Below, in pieces: positions 1-10,436 of a stretch of 64,000 bases of DNA. The stretch spans positions 192,001 through 256,000 of the forward strand of contig CAVOUE010000003.1 in NCBI GenBank assembly GCA_963699545.1, read 5' to 3'. Source of the stretch: Nitrospirota bacterium. Lineage in GTDB: Bacteria > Nitrospirota > Thermodesulfovibrionia > Thermodesulfovibrionales > UBA9159. Each line of letters starts with the position of its first letter. Within the stretch, counting starts at the first letter, position 1. The notes under the pieces were generated by a model. That model was not told where the DNA came from. It was given only the letters and a program-made list of their open reading frames with translations, and searched no databases. The position numbers and the translations under genes are program-made.

Positions 1-813
1 AGCGAGGGGAGAAAGGAACAGGTCTTTAAAACAGACCAGGATAATGCGATCATATACGCCGACCCGGAGACAACGGAGGAAGAGGAGATAAGGAGATATT
101 TTTCGATCTTCACGTCTTTCGTGAGGGACAGCCTCATCAAGGTGGGCTTCCCTCTCTGTCCCTCTGACTGCATGGCGAGCAACCCCTATTGGTGCCAGCC
201 CCTGAAGGCGTGGAAGAGGTACTGCTCCGACTGGATAAACAGACCGACAGCTGACGCGGTGTTGAGGACTCACACCTTCTTCGATTCCAGACCTATCTAC
301 GGCAAACCCGGTATTTTTGAAGAGTTGAGAGATTCCGTTCACTCCACATTAGGGGGTCGGAGTATCTTCCTCGGTCACATGGCAAACATGATTGTCAAAA
401 ACACCCCTCCCATCGGCTTTCTCAAGTCATTTGTGGTGGAAAAGACCGGAGAGCACAAGGATACATTTAATCTGAAGGTCAAGGGTATTGCCCCGTTGGT
501 GGATGCGGTGAGACTGTTTGCCCTGGAAAGAGCGATAAAGGAGACCTCTACCATGGAAAGGATCCATGCGTTGAAAGACAAACACACCATTGTGAAAGAA
601 TGTTCGGATGAGCTTGAGCACGCCCTTGAATTCATGATGCACATCAGGATACGCCATCAATTTGAGCAGATCAAGGAAGGCCGGAAAGCGGACAATTTTA
701 TTAATCCGGATACATTGAGCACCTTTGAAAGAAAGACAGCCAGTGAGGCATTTCATCTTATATCAAAGACGCAGGGCCTGATATTCGAGAGATATAAGCT
801 GTTTATGAGTTAG
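1..813 (+). CDS. DUF294 putative nucleotidyltransferase substrate-binding protein (5' end outside window)
   Basis: Frame 1 from base 1 reads SEGRKEQVFKTDQDNAIIY, then MASNPYWCQP, FFDSR and NLKVKGIAPLVDAVRLFAL, typical of DUF294/DUF294_C. Confidence 0.85.
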   Translation, partial: SEGRKEQVFKTDQDNAIIYADPETTEEEEIRRYFSIFTSFVRDSLIKVGFPLCPSDCMASNPYWCQPLKAWKRYCSDWINRPTADAVLRTHTFFDSRPIYGKPGIFEELRDSVHSTLGGRSIFLGHMANMIVKNTPPIGFLKSFVVEKTGEHKDTFNLKVKGIAPLVDAVRLFALERAIKETSTMERIHALKDKHTIVKECSDELEHALEFMMHIRIRHQFEQIKEGRKADNFINPDTLSTFERKTASEAFHLISKTQGLIFERYKLFMS

Positions 814-940
814 GGACGAAAGAACGAATAACAGATAAAACACACCTCCGCCTGTTCGCCAAAGATATCCGTTTCCGATCGAAACCGGTGCTTCGCTCCT
901 TCCGCGGGGTTCTCTTTGCCGGCTATACTATAATAGAAAA

Positions 941-1738
941 GTGAAGAGACCATACAAGGCAGTTTCAGGCAAGACGTACTCCCTCTTCGGTGTCGATGTG
1001 TCAACCGATCAGTACTTCAGCACCATCCACGCCATTGCGGAAGGCCTCTTAATCCTCTGTCGTGATGAACGGGTCCTTCTCTCCCATGTCCAGAAAGCGG
1101 GCGGCATGAGGTTCAAAAAGGGGCTGGCTTATGGATGTGACGATGTTCTCATTGCTCACATACGAAAGAACCTCCAAGAAGCGCTTCACACCTATACGCC
1201 GGGGGTTAAAGAACATTTAAAGAGCATCCCCTTCTCTCAGAGGTTCGACAAGACCATCAGAACACGAGAGGAAGGATATCATCTTTACATGCTTGAGATC
1301 GAACTCGTCAACCGGATATACAGGGATGCTTTCAAGAAAAGCAGCTACAAGTTTGCGCTCCTTCCCCATTGCCTGAGAGATTTCAGGCCACAGTGCAGTT
1401 CAGTCCCCGGAGATATCGAGCATGTCTGTATGGGATGCACCGAGGACTGTTTTATCCGTCTCGGCAGTGAGCTGCTTACGAAGTACGGGATCCAGCCTTA
1501 TATATCAATAACCATAGACCAGGAGAGGCTCTTCAGGAGGCTAAAGGCAGAGCATCCGGACATCGGAGCACTCGGGATTGCTTGCATCCCGGAGCTGGCT
1601 CAGGCTATGAGGCTTTGTATTAAACTTGGGATCTCCCCCATCGGGATACCGCTGAGCGCCAACCTCTGTGCCAGGTGGATGAAGCGGACGTATGAGAGCT
1701 CGTTCAGCCTTGAGGAGCTCGATAAACTCGTAAGGTGA
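941..1738 (+). CDS. DUF116 family protein
   Basis: LLPHCLR..C, CxxCxxxC and GIACxxEL motifs. Confidence 0.75.
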   Translation: MKRPYKAVSGKTYSLFGVDVSTDQYFSTIHAIAEGLLILCRDERVLLSHVQKAGGMRFKKGLAYGCDDVLIAHIRKNLQEALHTYTPGVKEHLKSIPFSQRFDKTIRTREEGYHLYMLEIELVNRIYRDAFKKSSYKFALLPHCLRDFRPQCSSVPGDIEHVCMGCTEDCFIRLGSELLTKYGIQPYISITIDQERLFRRLKAEHPDIGALGIACIPELAQAMRLCIKLGISPIGIPLSANLCARWMKRTYESSFSLEELDKLVR

Positions 1739-1804
1739 ATTTCTCCCACGCTTACGGTGATAGGATTTCCAGGAGATGGAGGCGTCCTCATCGCGTTCTT
1801 CGCT

Positions 1805-2539
1805 TCATCCTATTTTCTTTATCGTTCCTGTCTTCACCCTTGAAACGGCAAGCTCACGAAAACGCATCGCTAACTCGGCCCCTCTTGCCTCTTCCTCGTG
1901 CTTAAAGAAAACGAAGGCCTTCTCCCATCCTTGCGAAAGGATCCTTTCGATCCATTGTGACAGATCGGCATCCGTATAATCGGAGCGGCGGAGGCGCAGG
2001 TACCCCCACGTCGCCGTAGTGATGATCTCATTTGCCGGATTCTCTTCAGCGTCCGCGACGCACAGGCTGCATCCCCTTTTACGAAGGAGGTCCAGGATTT
2101 CGACATCGAGCCAGGATGGGCTCCGGAACTCGAACGCGCAGGACATAGTGACGGGGATCAGAGCGAGAAGATCTGCCAGCGCCGGGCGGTCCCCACGAAA
2201 GCTCTTGGGGAACTGAAAAAGGACCGGACCCAGTTTCCTCTCCAGAAACGACAGCGTCCCGAAGAGGTACTCGGTCTCCTCGCCCACATTTCTCAACCGC
2301 TTGATATGCGTAATGACCTGGGGTGCTTTGAGCGCGAAGACAAAATCGTCGGGGACCTGTTCCGCCCAGGATGCAAGGACGCCCTTTGTGGGCATGTGAT
2401 AAAAGGTGTTATTGATCTCCACCGCGCCGAGGCGTGCTGAATAGAAGCGAAGCATCTCTTTGGGCGAGATCTTTTCAGGATAGAATGCTCCCTTCCATTC
2501 CTTGTACGCATACCCGCTTGTACCGACATAGATCTTCAT
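1805..2539 (-). CDS. DUF72 (YecE-like) protein
   Basis: IYVGTSGY..W...FYP, VEINNTFY, LFQFP, YLRLR and FFKHE motifs. Confidence 0.9.
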   Translation of the reverse strand: MKIYVGTSGYAYKEWKGAFYPEKISPKEMLRFYSARLGAVEINNTFYHMPTKGVLASWAEQVPDDFVFALKAPQVITHIKRLRNVGEETEYLFGTLSFLERKLGPVLFQFPKSFRGDRPALADLLALIPVTMSCAFEFRSPSWLDVEILDLLRKRGCSLCVADAEENPANEIITTATWGYLRLRRSDYTDADLSQWIERILSQGWEKAFVFFKHEEEARGAELAMRFRELAVSRVKTGTIKKIG

Positions 2540-2627
2540 ATTTTCTGCACCGTGAGCAGGTAAGGCCTTGCCGATAAGAGAAGTATCGGTTGTCCTGACC
2601 GTTTAAAGATCCGGCCTGTGATTTCCG

Positions 2628-4123
2628 CTAAGGATTGTATTTACCCGAGGCCGGCACTGCGCGCTTAAAGGCCCAGGCCTCGATTGTCTTTATCTGTTCA
2701 GCCATGGTCACCGAAAGAGGGACGGTCCTGCTCAGAGCTACCAGGAAATCCTGTTCGACTACGGGACGCTTCTCGGCAAGGGCCTCGAAAACCGCTGATT
2801 GGACCACCTGCTCGATTTCAGCCCCGGAAAGACGTTTGGGCGATGACGCCAGTAGCGGGATATCAAACCCGGAAGGATCGATATTCTGCTTCTTCATATG
2901 AATGCGGAATATTTCTTCCCGCGCCTTTTCATCGGGAAGCCCGACATAAAATATCTCATCGAAGCGTCCCTTGCGCAGCACTTCCGCGGGAAGCATCTCG
3001 ATGGCATTGGCGGTAGCAGCGACAAAAACAGGCGCCTTTTTTTCCTGCATCCACGTCAGGAAAGACCCGAGGACCCGGGAAGCGGCGCCCCCTTCAGCCT
3101 TGAACCCCTGCGATGAAATGCCGGCCTCGATCTCGTCTATCCAGAGGACACAGGGCGCAATCGCCTCTGCAGTACTGAACGCCTTGCGCAGGCTGGACTC
3201 CGGGGAGCCGAACGCCCCCCCATACACAACCGCCATATCCAGACGGATAAGGGGGAGGCGCCATTGAGCTGCGATCACCTTGACGAACAGCGATTTGCCG
3301 CAGCCGGATATCCCCATGATCAACACCCCTTTCGGCATCTTTGCACCGGTAGAAATGTTATCCAGGCCGAATGCCTTTTCACGACGATCCAGCCAGTGTT
3401 TGAGGTTTTCCATCCCGCCCAGATGGTCCGGATCGGCATCATTGACGACAAACTCCATGATGCCGCTTTTTCTGATGATCTGCTGTTTGGTCTCAAAGAG
3501 CGCCTGAACGATTTCGCTGCCGCTGCCGACCTGAGACTGATTGAAAGCGCGGATGCTACGCTCGATGTCCGTAAGATCAAGCCCCTGGGCCGCCACCACC
3601 AACCTCCCCACCAGCTCCGGATCAGCGGCACAGGCCTGCGCCAGTAGCGGAACACGTTCTTTCAGGAACTCCAGGTGCGCCTTGATCTCTGCTATGGCAG
3701 GAAGTCCCTGGTAGAGAATAACGAGGTCTTCTCTCAACCGTTCCGGCACAGCCTCCTCTTCACCAATGACAATCAGGATCTTTGATCGGGCCCGCACCGC
3801 AAATTCTTTCAGCTTTCTGATAATAAACGGGTTATTTCCCCAAAAGCTGGAAATGTCCTTGAAAAGAAAAATGGCGGGTCCCGGTTGCGCGATGGCGAAA
3901 TCGAGCGCCGGCAGAGGCTCTATCGTTTCTTTGAACGACGCTCCCTCCCGGATGAGACCTTCGGTGCAGGTCCATACATAGGGACTCCCTGCCCCTTTCA
4001 CGCGCCGCGGCGGACACGCGCTACAATCCCCTCCGTGCGCCGCTCGTTATCGGTAACCACATAAATTAAACTGTTTCCGGCCCCGATTATTCTCAGCAAA
4101 TCGTGGGCATTCAGGTTTTCCAT
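2628..4123 (-). CDS. Ycf46-like AAA+ ATPase (frameshift near the 5' end)
   Basis: Walker A GISGCGKS, Walker [29 protein letters not shown] at 4123 with GGAGG RBS upstream of the 4001 ORF start. Confidence 0.85.
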
Positions 4124-4337
4124 TATCCTCCCGTTAATGCCCCTGACAGAAAACCTCCTTCAGCCAGCATGGCATTACTTTCCCGCTGTACTACGCACCA
4201 TTATATCAGGTTTCAAAGGCGCCAGGGTCGGCAAATAGCTGAAACTTGAGCATTTGTCTTCTTGATAATCCCCTCTTCACATGCTATTCTTCGCTTATGC
4301 TGAAAAAGCAGACTTCTCTCAGTTATCAGTGCATTTC

Positions 4338-5212
4338 ATGAAAAGGATCGCGCGCTTTTTCCTGATCGTGGTTGCGGCGGCATCGCTCACCGGCTGCATC
4401 ACCTTTCTGACCGAGATCAAGGTCAGGGGTGACGGCAGCGGGACGATGGTGCAGACGATGACCATGAACCCGGAGCAGATGAAGGAATCGATGGAAGGCA
4501 TCGCGAAGCAGATGGGCGCGACAACGACCGAGTCGAAAGAGGATACGAAAAAGGACTCCTCGAAGGCATCCGGAGGAGGGCCCGTTCAAGGAGGGCGATC
4601 TCAAGGGCAAGGCCGCAGACCTGGGCCCGGGCGTGACGTTCGTGTCCGCGGAAAAGATCGACACGAAGACAGCCGCCGGTGTCCGCGTGACCTACGCCTT
4701 CAAGGACATCAATCAGCTGGCCGTCAATCCAAAGCCCGCGGCGGCGATGGGGACGGCCGGCGCCGGAGCTTCTTCGCAGGACGCCCTGAAGTTTCGGTTC
4801 AACCGCATGCCGAACGGCAACGCAGTTCTCACGGTCGTCTTCGCCCACGCCCAAGCCGGAGGCACCGAAGGAACAAACCGCCACACCGCCGCCTCCGGCT
4901 TCTCCGGAGGAATCGGCCCAGCAGATGTCCATGATGAAGCAGATGTTCAAAGGTCTCCATATGGGCATGGCCGTCGATGTGGAGGGCAAGGTCGTTAAGA
5001 CGAACAGCCCGTATGTCGAAGGATCGAAGGTCACGCTGATGGACATCGACTTCGATCCGCTTCTGTCCGACGAGAAGGGCTTCAAGGCCTTGAGCGCGAA
5101 GATGGAGACGGCCATGGGAGACGACCGAAAGACGATGGAGGCCCTGAAGGGAATCAAGGGCCTCAAGATCACGACGGATCCGGAAATCTCGATCGAGTTC
5201 GCTCCGAAATAG
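4338..5212 (+). CDS. Putative lipoprotein (split over three frames)
   Basis: Lipobox MKRIARFFLIVVAAASLTGC followed by DGSG; overlapping ORFs 4281/4633/4925 join into one protein. Confidence 0.7.
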
Positions 5213-5255
5213 GGTTCCCCAGGATGATGAGCGGAGCCGTCTCGATGATGCGGCC

Positions 5256-5558
5256 TTATCCCGGCAGCTTGGCTGCGAGGACTTCGACCTTCTCGATGAC
5301 AGGCGGTTGCGCCAGCAGTTCAGAGGCCTTTGCCATCAGCGCAGCAGCCACACGGCCGGAGAGGTGGGCCTGACGACCTGCCTCGTCGGGAAAGGCATCG
5401 AAGATACCGAAGGTCGACGGCCCAAGACGGATCGCAAACCAGGCGATCGTGGCCGGCTCCTCCATGACTACCGCAAGACCCCCGCGAAGAAAGTCCTCCA
5501 CTTCAGCCTCCTTTCCGGGTTTTGCCTCCAGTCGAACAAACAGCGCTGTCTTAACCAT
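5256..5558 (-). CDS. Antibiotic biosynthesis monooxygenase (ABM) family protein
   Basis: LEAKPGKE..FGIFDAFPDEAGRQAHLSG. Confidence 0.85.
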   Translation of the reverse strand: MVKTALFVRLEAKPGKEAEVEDFLRGGLAVVMEEPATIAWFAIRLGPSTFGIFDAFPDEAGRQAHLSGRVAAALMAKASELLAQPPVIEKVEVLAAKLPG

Positions 5559-5564
5559 GATGTC

Positions 5565-5672
5565 CTCCTTTCTTAAGAAAGCAACAATCTCTTTCCACTA
5601 CACGTTTCTTCATTACTCCTTATCACAAAATTCAGACAAGTTCAGCAATGCACATTGCTCCACAGGCAGGGT
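5565..5672 (-). repeat. Duplicated promoter/RBS block, copy 1
   Basis: About 107-bp imperfect direct repeat of 5915-6021. Confidence 0.8.
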
Positions 5673-5730
5673 CGCCGGACCGGAAGATATCGCCTGGCCG
5701 GTTCCCCCCAAACTTCGGAGGAAGATATAC

Positions 5731-5907
5731 TTATTTCAGGGCCTGCAATTTCTCCAGTATTCCTTTTAATACGTCCTCTTCCTCCTTCAGTTCCATTTTA
5801 AAATCGTGTTTGGCGCCCGAAGCAATCTCACCTCTGAGTTCCGGTATATAGTCCTTAAGTACTCCTACAAGCATATCCTTTTCCTTGTCTGTCAGTTCCA
5901 GCTTCAT
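5731..5907 (-). CDS. Small hypothetical protein
   Basis: AAAGGAG RBS; helical ORF MKLELTDKEKDML. Confidence 0.65.
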   Translation of the reverse strand: MKLELTDKEKDMLVGVLKDYIPELRGEIASGAKHDFKMELKEEEDVLKGILEKLQALK

Positions 5908-5914
5908 GTCCATT

Positions 5915-6021
5915 CTCCTTTCATAAGAAAAGCACCATCTTTTTCCACTACATACTTCTTAATTACTACTTATCACAAAATTCAAACAAGTCAAGGCAAA
6001 ACATTGCTCCGCAGGCAGGGT
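5915..6021 (-). repeat. Duplicated promoter/RBS block, copy 2
   Basis: Shares TTTCCACTACA, CTTATCACAAAATTCA, ACATTGCTCC and CAGGCAGGGT with copy 1. Confidence 0.8.
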
Positions 6022-6075
6022 AGGCAGTTTCGCGTTTTCAAATGCCATGGTCAAGCCTCACCCCAAAGGGCGTCT

Positions 6076-6417
6076 TCAACTGCCTGAGCGTTTCGGCCTA
6101 TAGCCCATATTTGCCAATACTGTAATGAGCGCATCGCAGTGATCGCCCTGGATTTCAATAGACAAGCCTTTGACTGTGCCGCCGGCACCCAGCCCGGCTT
6201 TCAATCTCTTGAGGAGCGCTTCCCTGTCTTTCATTGGAATCAGGAGACCTTCGATTACTGTGACGGACTTCCCGCCGCGCCGCTTCCGGTCGAGCCGGAC
6301 AATCACTTTCTGATGAGAAGGATTCAGCGCAGGCTTGACGCCATCTTCCACCGGTCTTTCCTTCCGGGCAATAAACTTGCCGGTGGAGTAGACTAATTTC
6401 GTTTTTTCTTCAGGCAT
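6076..6417 (-). CDS. yciH: SUI1/YciH translation initiation factor family
   Basis: LVYST, RGGKSVTVIEG, GAGGTVK, IEIQGDH. Confidence 0.9.
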   Translation of the reverse strand: MPEEKTKLVYSTGKFIARKERPVEDGVKPALNPSHQKVIVRLDRKRRGGKSVTVIEGLLIPMKDREALLKRLKAGLGAGGTVKGLSIEIQGDHCDALITVLANMGYRPKRSGS

Positions 6418-6450
6418 AGTCCATTTCAGCCCAGGGCCCGCTGCGGTGGT

Positions 6451-6681
6451 TTACTCCCTGTTCTCCCATTTGTGCCTCAGATACAAGGCCTCAACTTTTT
6501 TTCTGGCCCAGGGGGTCCTTCTGAGAAATTGCAGGCTGGATTTGATGCTCGGGTCATGATTAAAACACCTGATGCGGATGGTCCTTCCCATTTTCTCCCA
6601 GCCATGAAGCTCTACCAGCCGGGTCAGGATCATTTCCAGAGTGATGCCGTGAAGAGGGTCGTTGGATTGTCGCCCAGTCAT
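6451..6681 (-). CDS. VF530/DUF2132 family DNA-binding protein
   Basis: [35 protein letters not shown]. Confidence 0.9.
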   Translation of the reverse strand: MTGRQSNDPLHGITLEMILTRLVELHGWEKMGRTIRIRCFNHDPSIKSSLQFLRRTPWARKKVEALYLRHKWENRE

Positions 6682-6707
6682 GTCTCAGCTTGCGCTTTCA
6701 TCCGTAA

Positions 6708-7244
6708 TTACATGCCATCCTTCTTGGCGAGCCTTATACCGGCACTCTCTATAAGAATAAGCCGTTTCTTGTAAAGAGCGCCTATCGCCTTTTTATACGT
6801 CTTCTTGCTTGTACCGAACAGGCGGTAGATATCCTCAGGTGGGCTTTTATCGTCCAAGGCAATAAATCCGCCCTGCGCCTTCAGTGTGTCGATAATTTTT
6901 CCCGACACATCATCAACCTTTTCAGCGCCGGGTTTTTGAAGACAGAGATCAACTTTGCCGTCGTCCCGCACCTTTTTGATAAATCCTGCGATATGCTGTC
7001 CTTTCCTTAAGGGCTGAAACACCTCGTTTCTATAAAGCAAGCCCTCGCGGGAGTTGTTGATAATCGCCTTGTAACCGATGTCGGTCCGGTCGCAAATCAA
7101 CAATTCTACGCTTTGGCCCTCTTGAAACTCGACCTGTCCCTTATCAGGAAGCTTGTCCAATTTCGGCGCAGCAACGACGTGGTTGCTCTTATCATCACTT
7201 TTCTTTATGACCCTCACCCTTTTAAGTTTTCCTGTTTTCGCCAT
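6708..7244 (-). CDS. CvfB/YitL-like S1 plus winged-helix RNA-binding protein (short form)
   Basis: GYKAIIN..GLLY.NEVF, DKSPPEDI..FGTSKKTYKKAIGALYK. Confidence 0.8.
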   Translation of the reverse strand: MAKTGKLKRVRVIKKSDDKSNHVVAAPKLDKLPDKGQVEFQEGQSVELLICDRTDIGYKAIINNSREGLLYRNEVFQPLRKGQHIAGFIKKVRDDGKVDLCLQKPGAEKVDDVSGKIIDTLKAQGGFIALDDKSPPEDIYRLFGTSKKTYKKAIGALYKKRLILIESAGIRLAKKDGM

Positions 7245-7315
7245 GCAAACAGCATCCTCTGTCTTTCATATGTTCTTGTTGTTTACCACCTTCTCCAAAG
7301 TTCCCGGCAGTCCGG

Positions 7316-7837
7316 CTAGCCGGTCTTTTTCCCCTGAAGACCGAGCGCCTGCACTATCTCGCGCATGTGGTCGATATGAAAGCCGATGTGAAAATTGCCG
7401 AGGCCGAATGCCCACTGGGCCAGGGTCGGATACTCCCCGAGCGGCGACTCCTTGAGCATGGGAATATGGGCCTTCCTGGCAAGCTGTTCCTGCGAAAGAC
7501 CTTCGACGAACGCCGCGATACTTGCATATTTCCGGTCATATTCGGCCAGAAGTTCCGCAAGGGTCATCCTGCTCCGCTTCCCTTCCCAATAGGGGTCTTC
7601 GGGCTTTATATCGATCTTGGGCGTATCCAGTTCGATGAAGGGTTTCAGAGCGGCGAGGTGGTCTCTTCCCTCCGGACCGCAGAGATGTGATATGATCTGC
7701 TTGGGCGACCAACGGCCCTCCGGCGCCCGGGACGAGCTCACCTCATCGAGCCCCTCACAAGACTTCCTGAATTCAGCCGCCTTTGCGCGTATTCCCTGCG
7801 CGATCTCTTTTCCGGTCTGATCAGTCATATATTTCAT
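7316..7837 (-). CDS. DinB family protein
   Basis: WSPKQIISHL and C-terminal H...H motif. Confidence 0.75.
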   Translation of the reverse strand: MKYMTDQTGKEIAQGIRAKAAEFRKSCEGLDEVSSSRAPEGRWSPKQIISHLCGPEGRDHLAALKPFIELDTPKIDIKPEDPYWEGKRSRMTLAELLAEYDRKYASIAAFVEGLSQEQLARKAHIPMLKESPLGEYPTLAQWAFGLGNFHIGFHIDHMREIVQALGLQGKKTG

Positions 7838-7967
7838 ACCTCCTTTCTCACCTGCCTCTATTCTATCAAGTCCCGCCTCAGTTCACAAAGAATGGATACG
7901 AGGTTGCCAACCCCGGCCCAAAAATGCTAAGATAATCTGACTAGACAGACCAGTCGAGGAGGTCGTT

Positions 7968-8219
7968 ATGGGTATGTGGCAGTTGCAGGAGGCAAAGGCT
8001 CGCCTGAGCGAGGTCATTAAAAAGGCAGCGAAAGAAGGCCCGCAGCAGATCACTGTTCATGGGGAACCGACTGCGGTAGTGATTTCCAGTAAGGAGTACG
8101 AGCGGCTCAAGCACCCCAAGGGCAGTTTTGTTGAATTCATGCGGCACTCCCCGCTTTACGGGTTGGAGCTTGACCTCAGGCGCGAGCAAACACTCACGCG
8201 CGCGACAGAAGTGGCATGA
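7968..8219 (+). CDS. Phd/YefM-type antitoxin
   Basis: WQLQEAKARLSEVI..GPQ.ITVHG; stop overlaps toxin start. Confidence 0.9.
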   Translation: MGMWQLQEAKARLSEVIKKAAKEGPQQITVHGEPTAVVISSKEYERLKHPKGSFVEFMRHSPLYGLELDLRREQTLTRATEVA

Positions 8220-8626
8220 GTTATCTGCTCGATACCAATATCATATCCGAGACTATCCGCAGTAATCCAAATAAGGCACTCATCTCCTGGCTTGACAAGA
8301 TTCCCGGTGAAGCGCTTTTTGTAAGCGTCCTGTCGCTTGGTGAAATTCGCAAGGGCGTCGAGGCGCTTACCGACAGGAAGAGGCGCGAGAAGCTCCGCAT
8401 CTGGCTGGAGCACGATCTTCCGGCGTGGTTCGAGGGACGGGTGCTTCCGGTTGACCTTGCGGTGGCAGACCGCTGGGGGCGGTTGCTTGCAGATATGCGC
8501 CGGCCGCTACCCACTATTGACAGTCTTCTCGCTGCAACAGCGCTGCATTATGAGTTGAGGCTGGTGACGCGGAATTCAGGGGATTTTGCTTATCCGGGGC
8601 TCGAAGTCATCAACCAGTTTGGATGA
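8216..8626 (+). CDS. vapC: VapC PIN-domain toxin
   Basis: YLLDTNIISE, DSLLAATAL, LVTRN..DF. Confidence 0.9.
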   Translation: MSYLLDTNIISETIRSNPNKALISWLDKIPGEALFVSVLSLGEIRKGVEALTDRKRREKLRIWLEHDLPAWFEGRVLPVDLAVADRWGRLLADMRRPLPTIDSLLAATALHYELRLVTRNSGDFAYPGLEVINQFG

Positions 8627-8825
8627 CATGCTGCACAGCTTTCGGTCTTTAGCCTGAACAGCTGACTGAAAGAGTCCTTGCTTTAACAGGTATAACGTAA
8701 TATTATTAGGAAAGTTGTTGCGGGAGGGGAATGGAAAATGGGAGAACCTCAGCCTTTAGCCAAAGCCCTGGGTGCAACATTATTGGCTGCAACTTTTCAC
8801 GGGTTGTTGAGGATAGAGGGGGAAG

Positions 8826-8843
8826 AAACGGGATGTGTCCCTA
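8826..8843 (+). repeat. Left inverted repeat of low-GC cassette
   Basis: AAACGGGATGTGTCCCTA matches the reverse complement of 10263-10280 at 16/18. Confidence 0.65.
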
Positions 8844-8853
8844 ATATTTTCCA

Positions 8854-9525
8854 CTAATATTTTCCATATTTGCTTTTTGCCTCTGCCTCGTTTTGTGTTG
8901 TCTCTACAGGTTTGAAGTAATAAACTAATCTTTCAGGAGCTTCAGGAGCCCTTGTCCATGTTGATCTATCCTGTACCTCTTGTCTCCATTCAGAAACAAT
9001 TTGACGGGTATTAATATCAATTACAACTGTTCTTGCAATTACGTAGGAACTCCACAGATAAGGAATCCTTGTGCTATCTCCTGAAATTCTCCATTCTTCC
9101 GCAACTTGAAAGATAGTCGTTATGACATGCGTCATTGAGGGATATTTTTCTTTGATCCTTTGCCATAAACGCGAATCTATCATCGAAGGCTCAGCATTAA
9201 TTTTTATTGCTTTTGCGATCAATTCATTTGTCACGGTATCTAATGGGGAGAGCGATGCTCCACGAAGACGTATAAGCGGTCCCTGCATTGTTGTTGGCAC
9301 AGTTTTACGCTGAGTGGGGCCGATACTGCTAAAAGAAGCAACGATGGAATCGGCAAGCCCTATATTTTCCCCTGTATAGTCGTAATCCATACCATAGCCA
9401 TCAATATTCTTAATCTGCAGCATTTGGGCATTTTCTTTTATAGTCTGCCAACTGCCAGGCCCACTAGTTGTAGCACAAGCAAACAAAAAAACTGCGACCA
9501 CAGCAATGACCATTAATTCTTTCAC
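8854..9525 (-). CDS. Hypothetical lipoprotein (low GC)
   Basis: Lipobox LFAC after a hydrophobic stretch. Confidence 0.65.
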   Translation of the reverse strand: MKELMVIAVVAVFLFACATTSGPGSWQTIKENAQMLQIKNIDGYGMDYDYTGENIGLADSIVASFSSIGPTQRKTVPTTMQGPLIRLRGASLSPLDTVTNELIAKAIKINAEPSMIDSRLWQRIKEKYPSMTHVITTIFQVAEEWRISGDSTRIPYLWSSYVIARTVVIDINTRQIVSEWRQEVQDRSTWTRAPEAPERLVYYFKPVETTQNEAEAKSKYGKY

Positions 9526-10106
9526 CGGTGCCTCCTTTTGTCATCAATTTCAGAGATTATAAGACTCGCTGCGTTATCTAAAGGCGTGTTGAAAGCATCG
9601 GTAAACCTTGTATTGTCTTGATAAGTAACTTGTATATATATGTTGCGACTATTATCTCTTTCCGACTTAGAAATATTAATTGTGGCAGCTTTGATCTTTA
9701 AATCAACTAATCGGCTTTCAATTGTACTTCTTTCCTCGGCTGTAGCGCCTGTTATGTCAAAAAGCGGTTTTACCCTCTGCTGTTTTCTCTCTGGGCTAAC
9801 AGTTTGCCTAGCTGTTTCATTGTCGGGCATTACTTTAGATGGGACTCTTGCCAGTTTATTGTCTTTCTCTTCAATGCTGTCCTTAGTCGGCGGGGTTGAT
9901 TGCTGAATTACAATATCACGGCCTGACTGATATATGGTAGAACCAGGAGAAGACTTAATTTTGGCATCCTGATCAATTGCATTGCTTGGTGAAAATACGT
10001 ACCAGAGTCCTATTAAAGATGCTATGGATCCCAGGAGGGCTATGATTATATACACTGGGTGTCTCATAATCTTATCCCAAATCGTCTGATTTTCTTTCAT
10101 TTCCAT
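9522..10106 (-). CDS. Hypothetical membrane-anchored protein (low GC)
   Basis: One TM helix (VYIIIALLGSIASLIGLWYVF); 4-bp overlap with next gene; start uncertain. Confidence 0.55.
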   Translation of the reverse strand: MEMKENQTIWDKIMRHPVYIIIALLGSIASLIGLWYVFSPSNAIDQDAKIKSSPGSTIYQSGRDIVIQQSTPPTKDSIEEKDNKLARVPSKVMPDNETARQTVSPERKQQRVKPLFDITGATAEERSTIESRLVDLKIKAATINISKSERDNSRNIYIQVTYQDNTRFTDAFNTPLDNAASLIISEIDDKRRHR

Positions 10107-10262
10107 TTTTTTACGTTGTCTGTCTGTCAATGATATAACTCTCTTAAAATACATTGGACTGGTTGCTATCAGATGTTTTTCCCAGTCAGAGCGCGCGGTA
10201 TTCTTGTGAGCTTTAATGAAGCTCAGATCATGGCTGGGATCTTTATAGTAGAGAGGAATAAA

Positions 10263-10280
10263 TAGGGACATATCCCATTT
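10263..10280 (-). repeat. Right inverted repeat of low-GC cassette
   Basis: TAGGGACATATCCCATTT. Confidence 0.65.
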
Positions 10281-10302
10281 TCTCGACAGCCTTTCCCACG
10301 AT

Positions 10303-10337
10303 CGCTCAGCTATCAGCGCTCAGCAGTCAGCTATCAG
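10303..10337 (+). repeat. Heptamer tandem repeat
   Basis: CGCTCAG CTATCAG CGCTCAG CAGTCAG CTATCAG. Confidence 0.8.
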
Positions 10338-10392
10338 CCAGATAGCCTGAAGGCTGAAGGCATTTAGGTCCCCAATTCCCGGGTTTCCCCTT

Positions 10393-10422
10393 GACGATGT
10401 TGAAATAACAGATTATCATTGA
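10393..10422 (+). pseudogene. higB: HigB toxin C-terminal remnant containing a sigma70-like promoter
   Basis: Encodes DDVEITDYH-stop; TTGACG-N17-TATCAT at 10391-10419. Confidence 0.65.
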
Positions 10423-10436
10423 AAAGGAGCGATACC

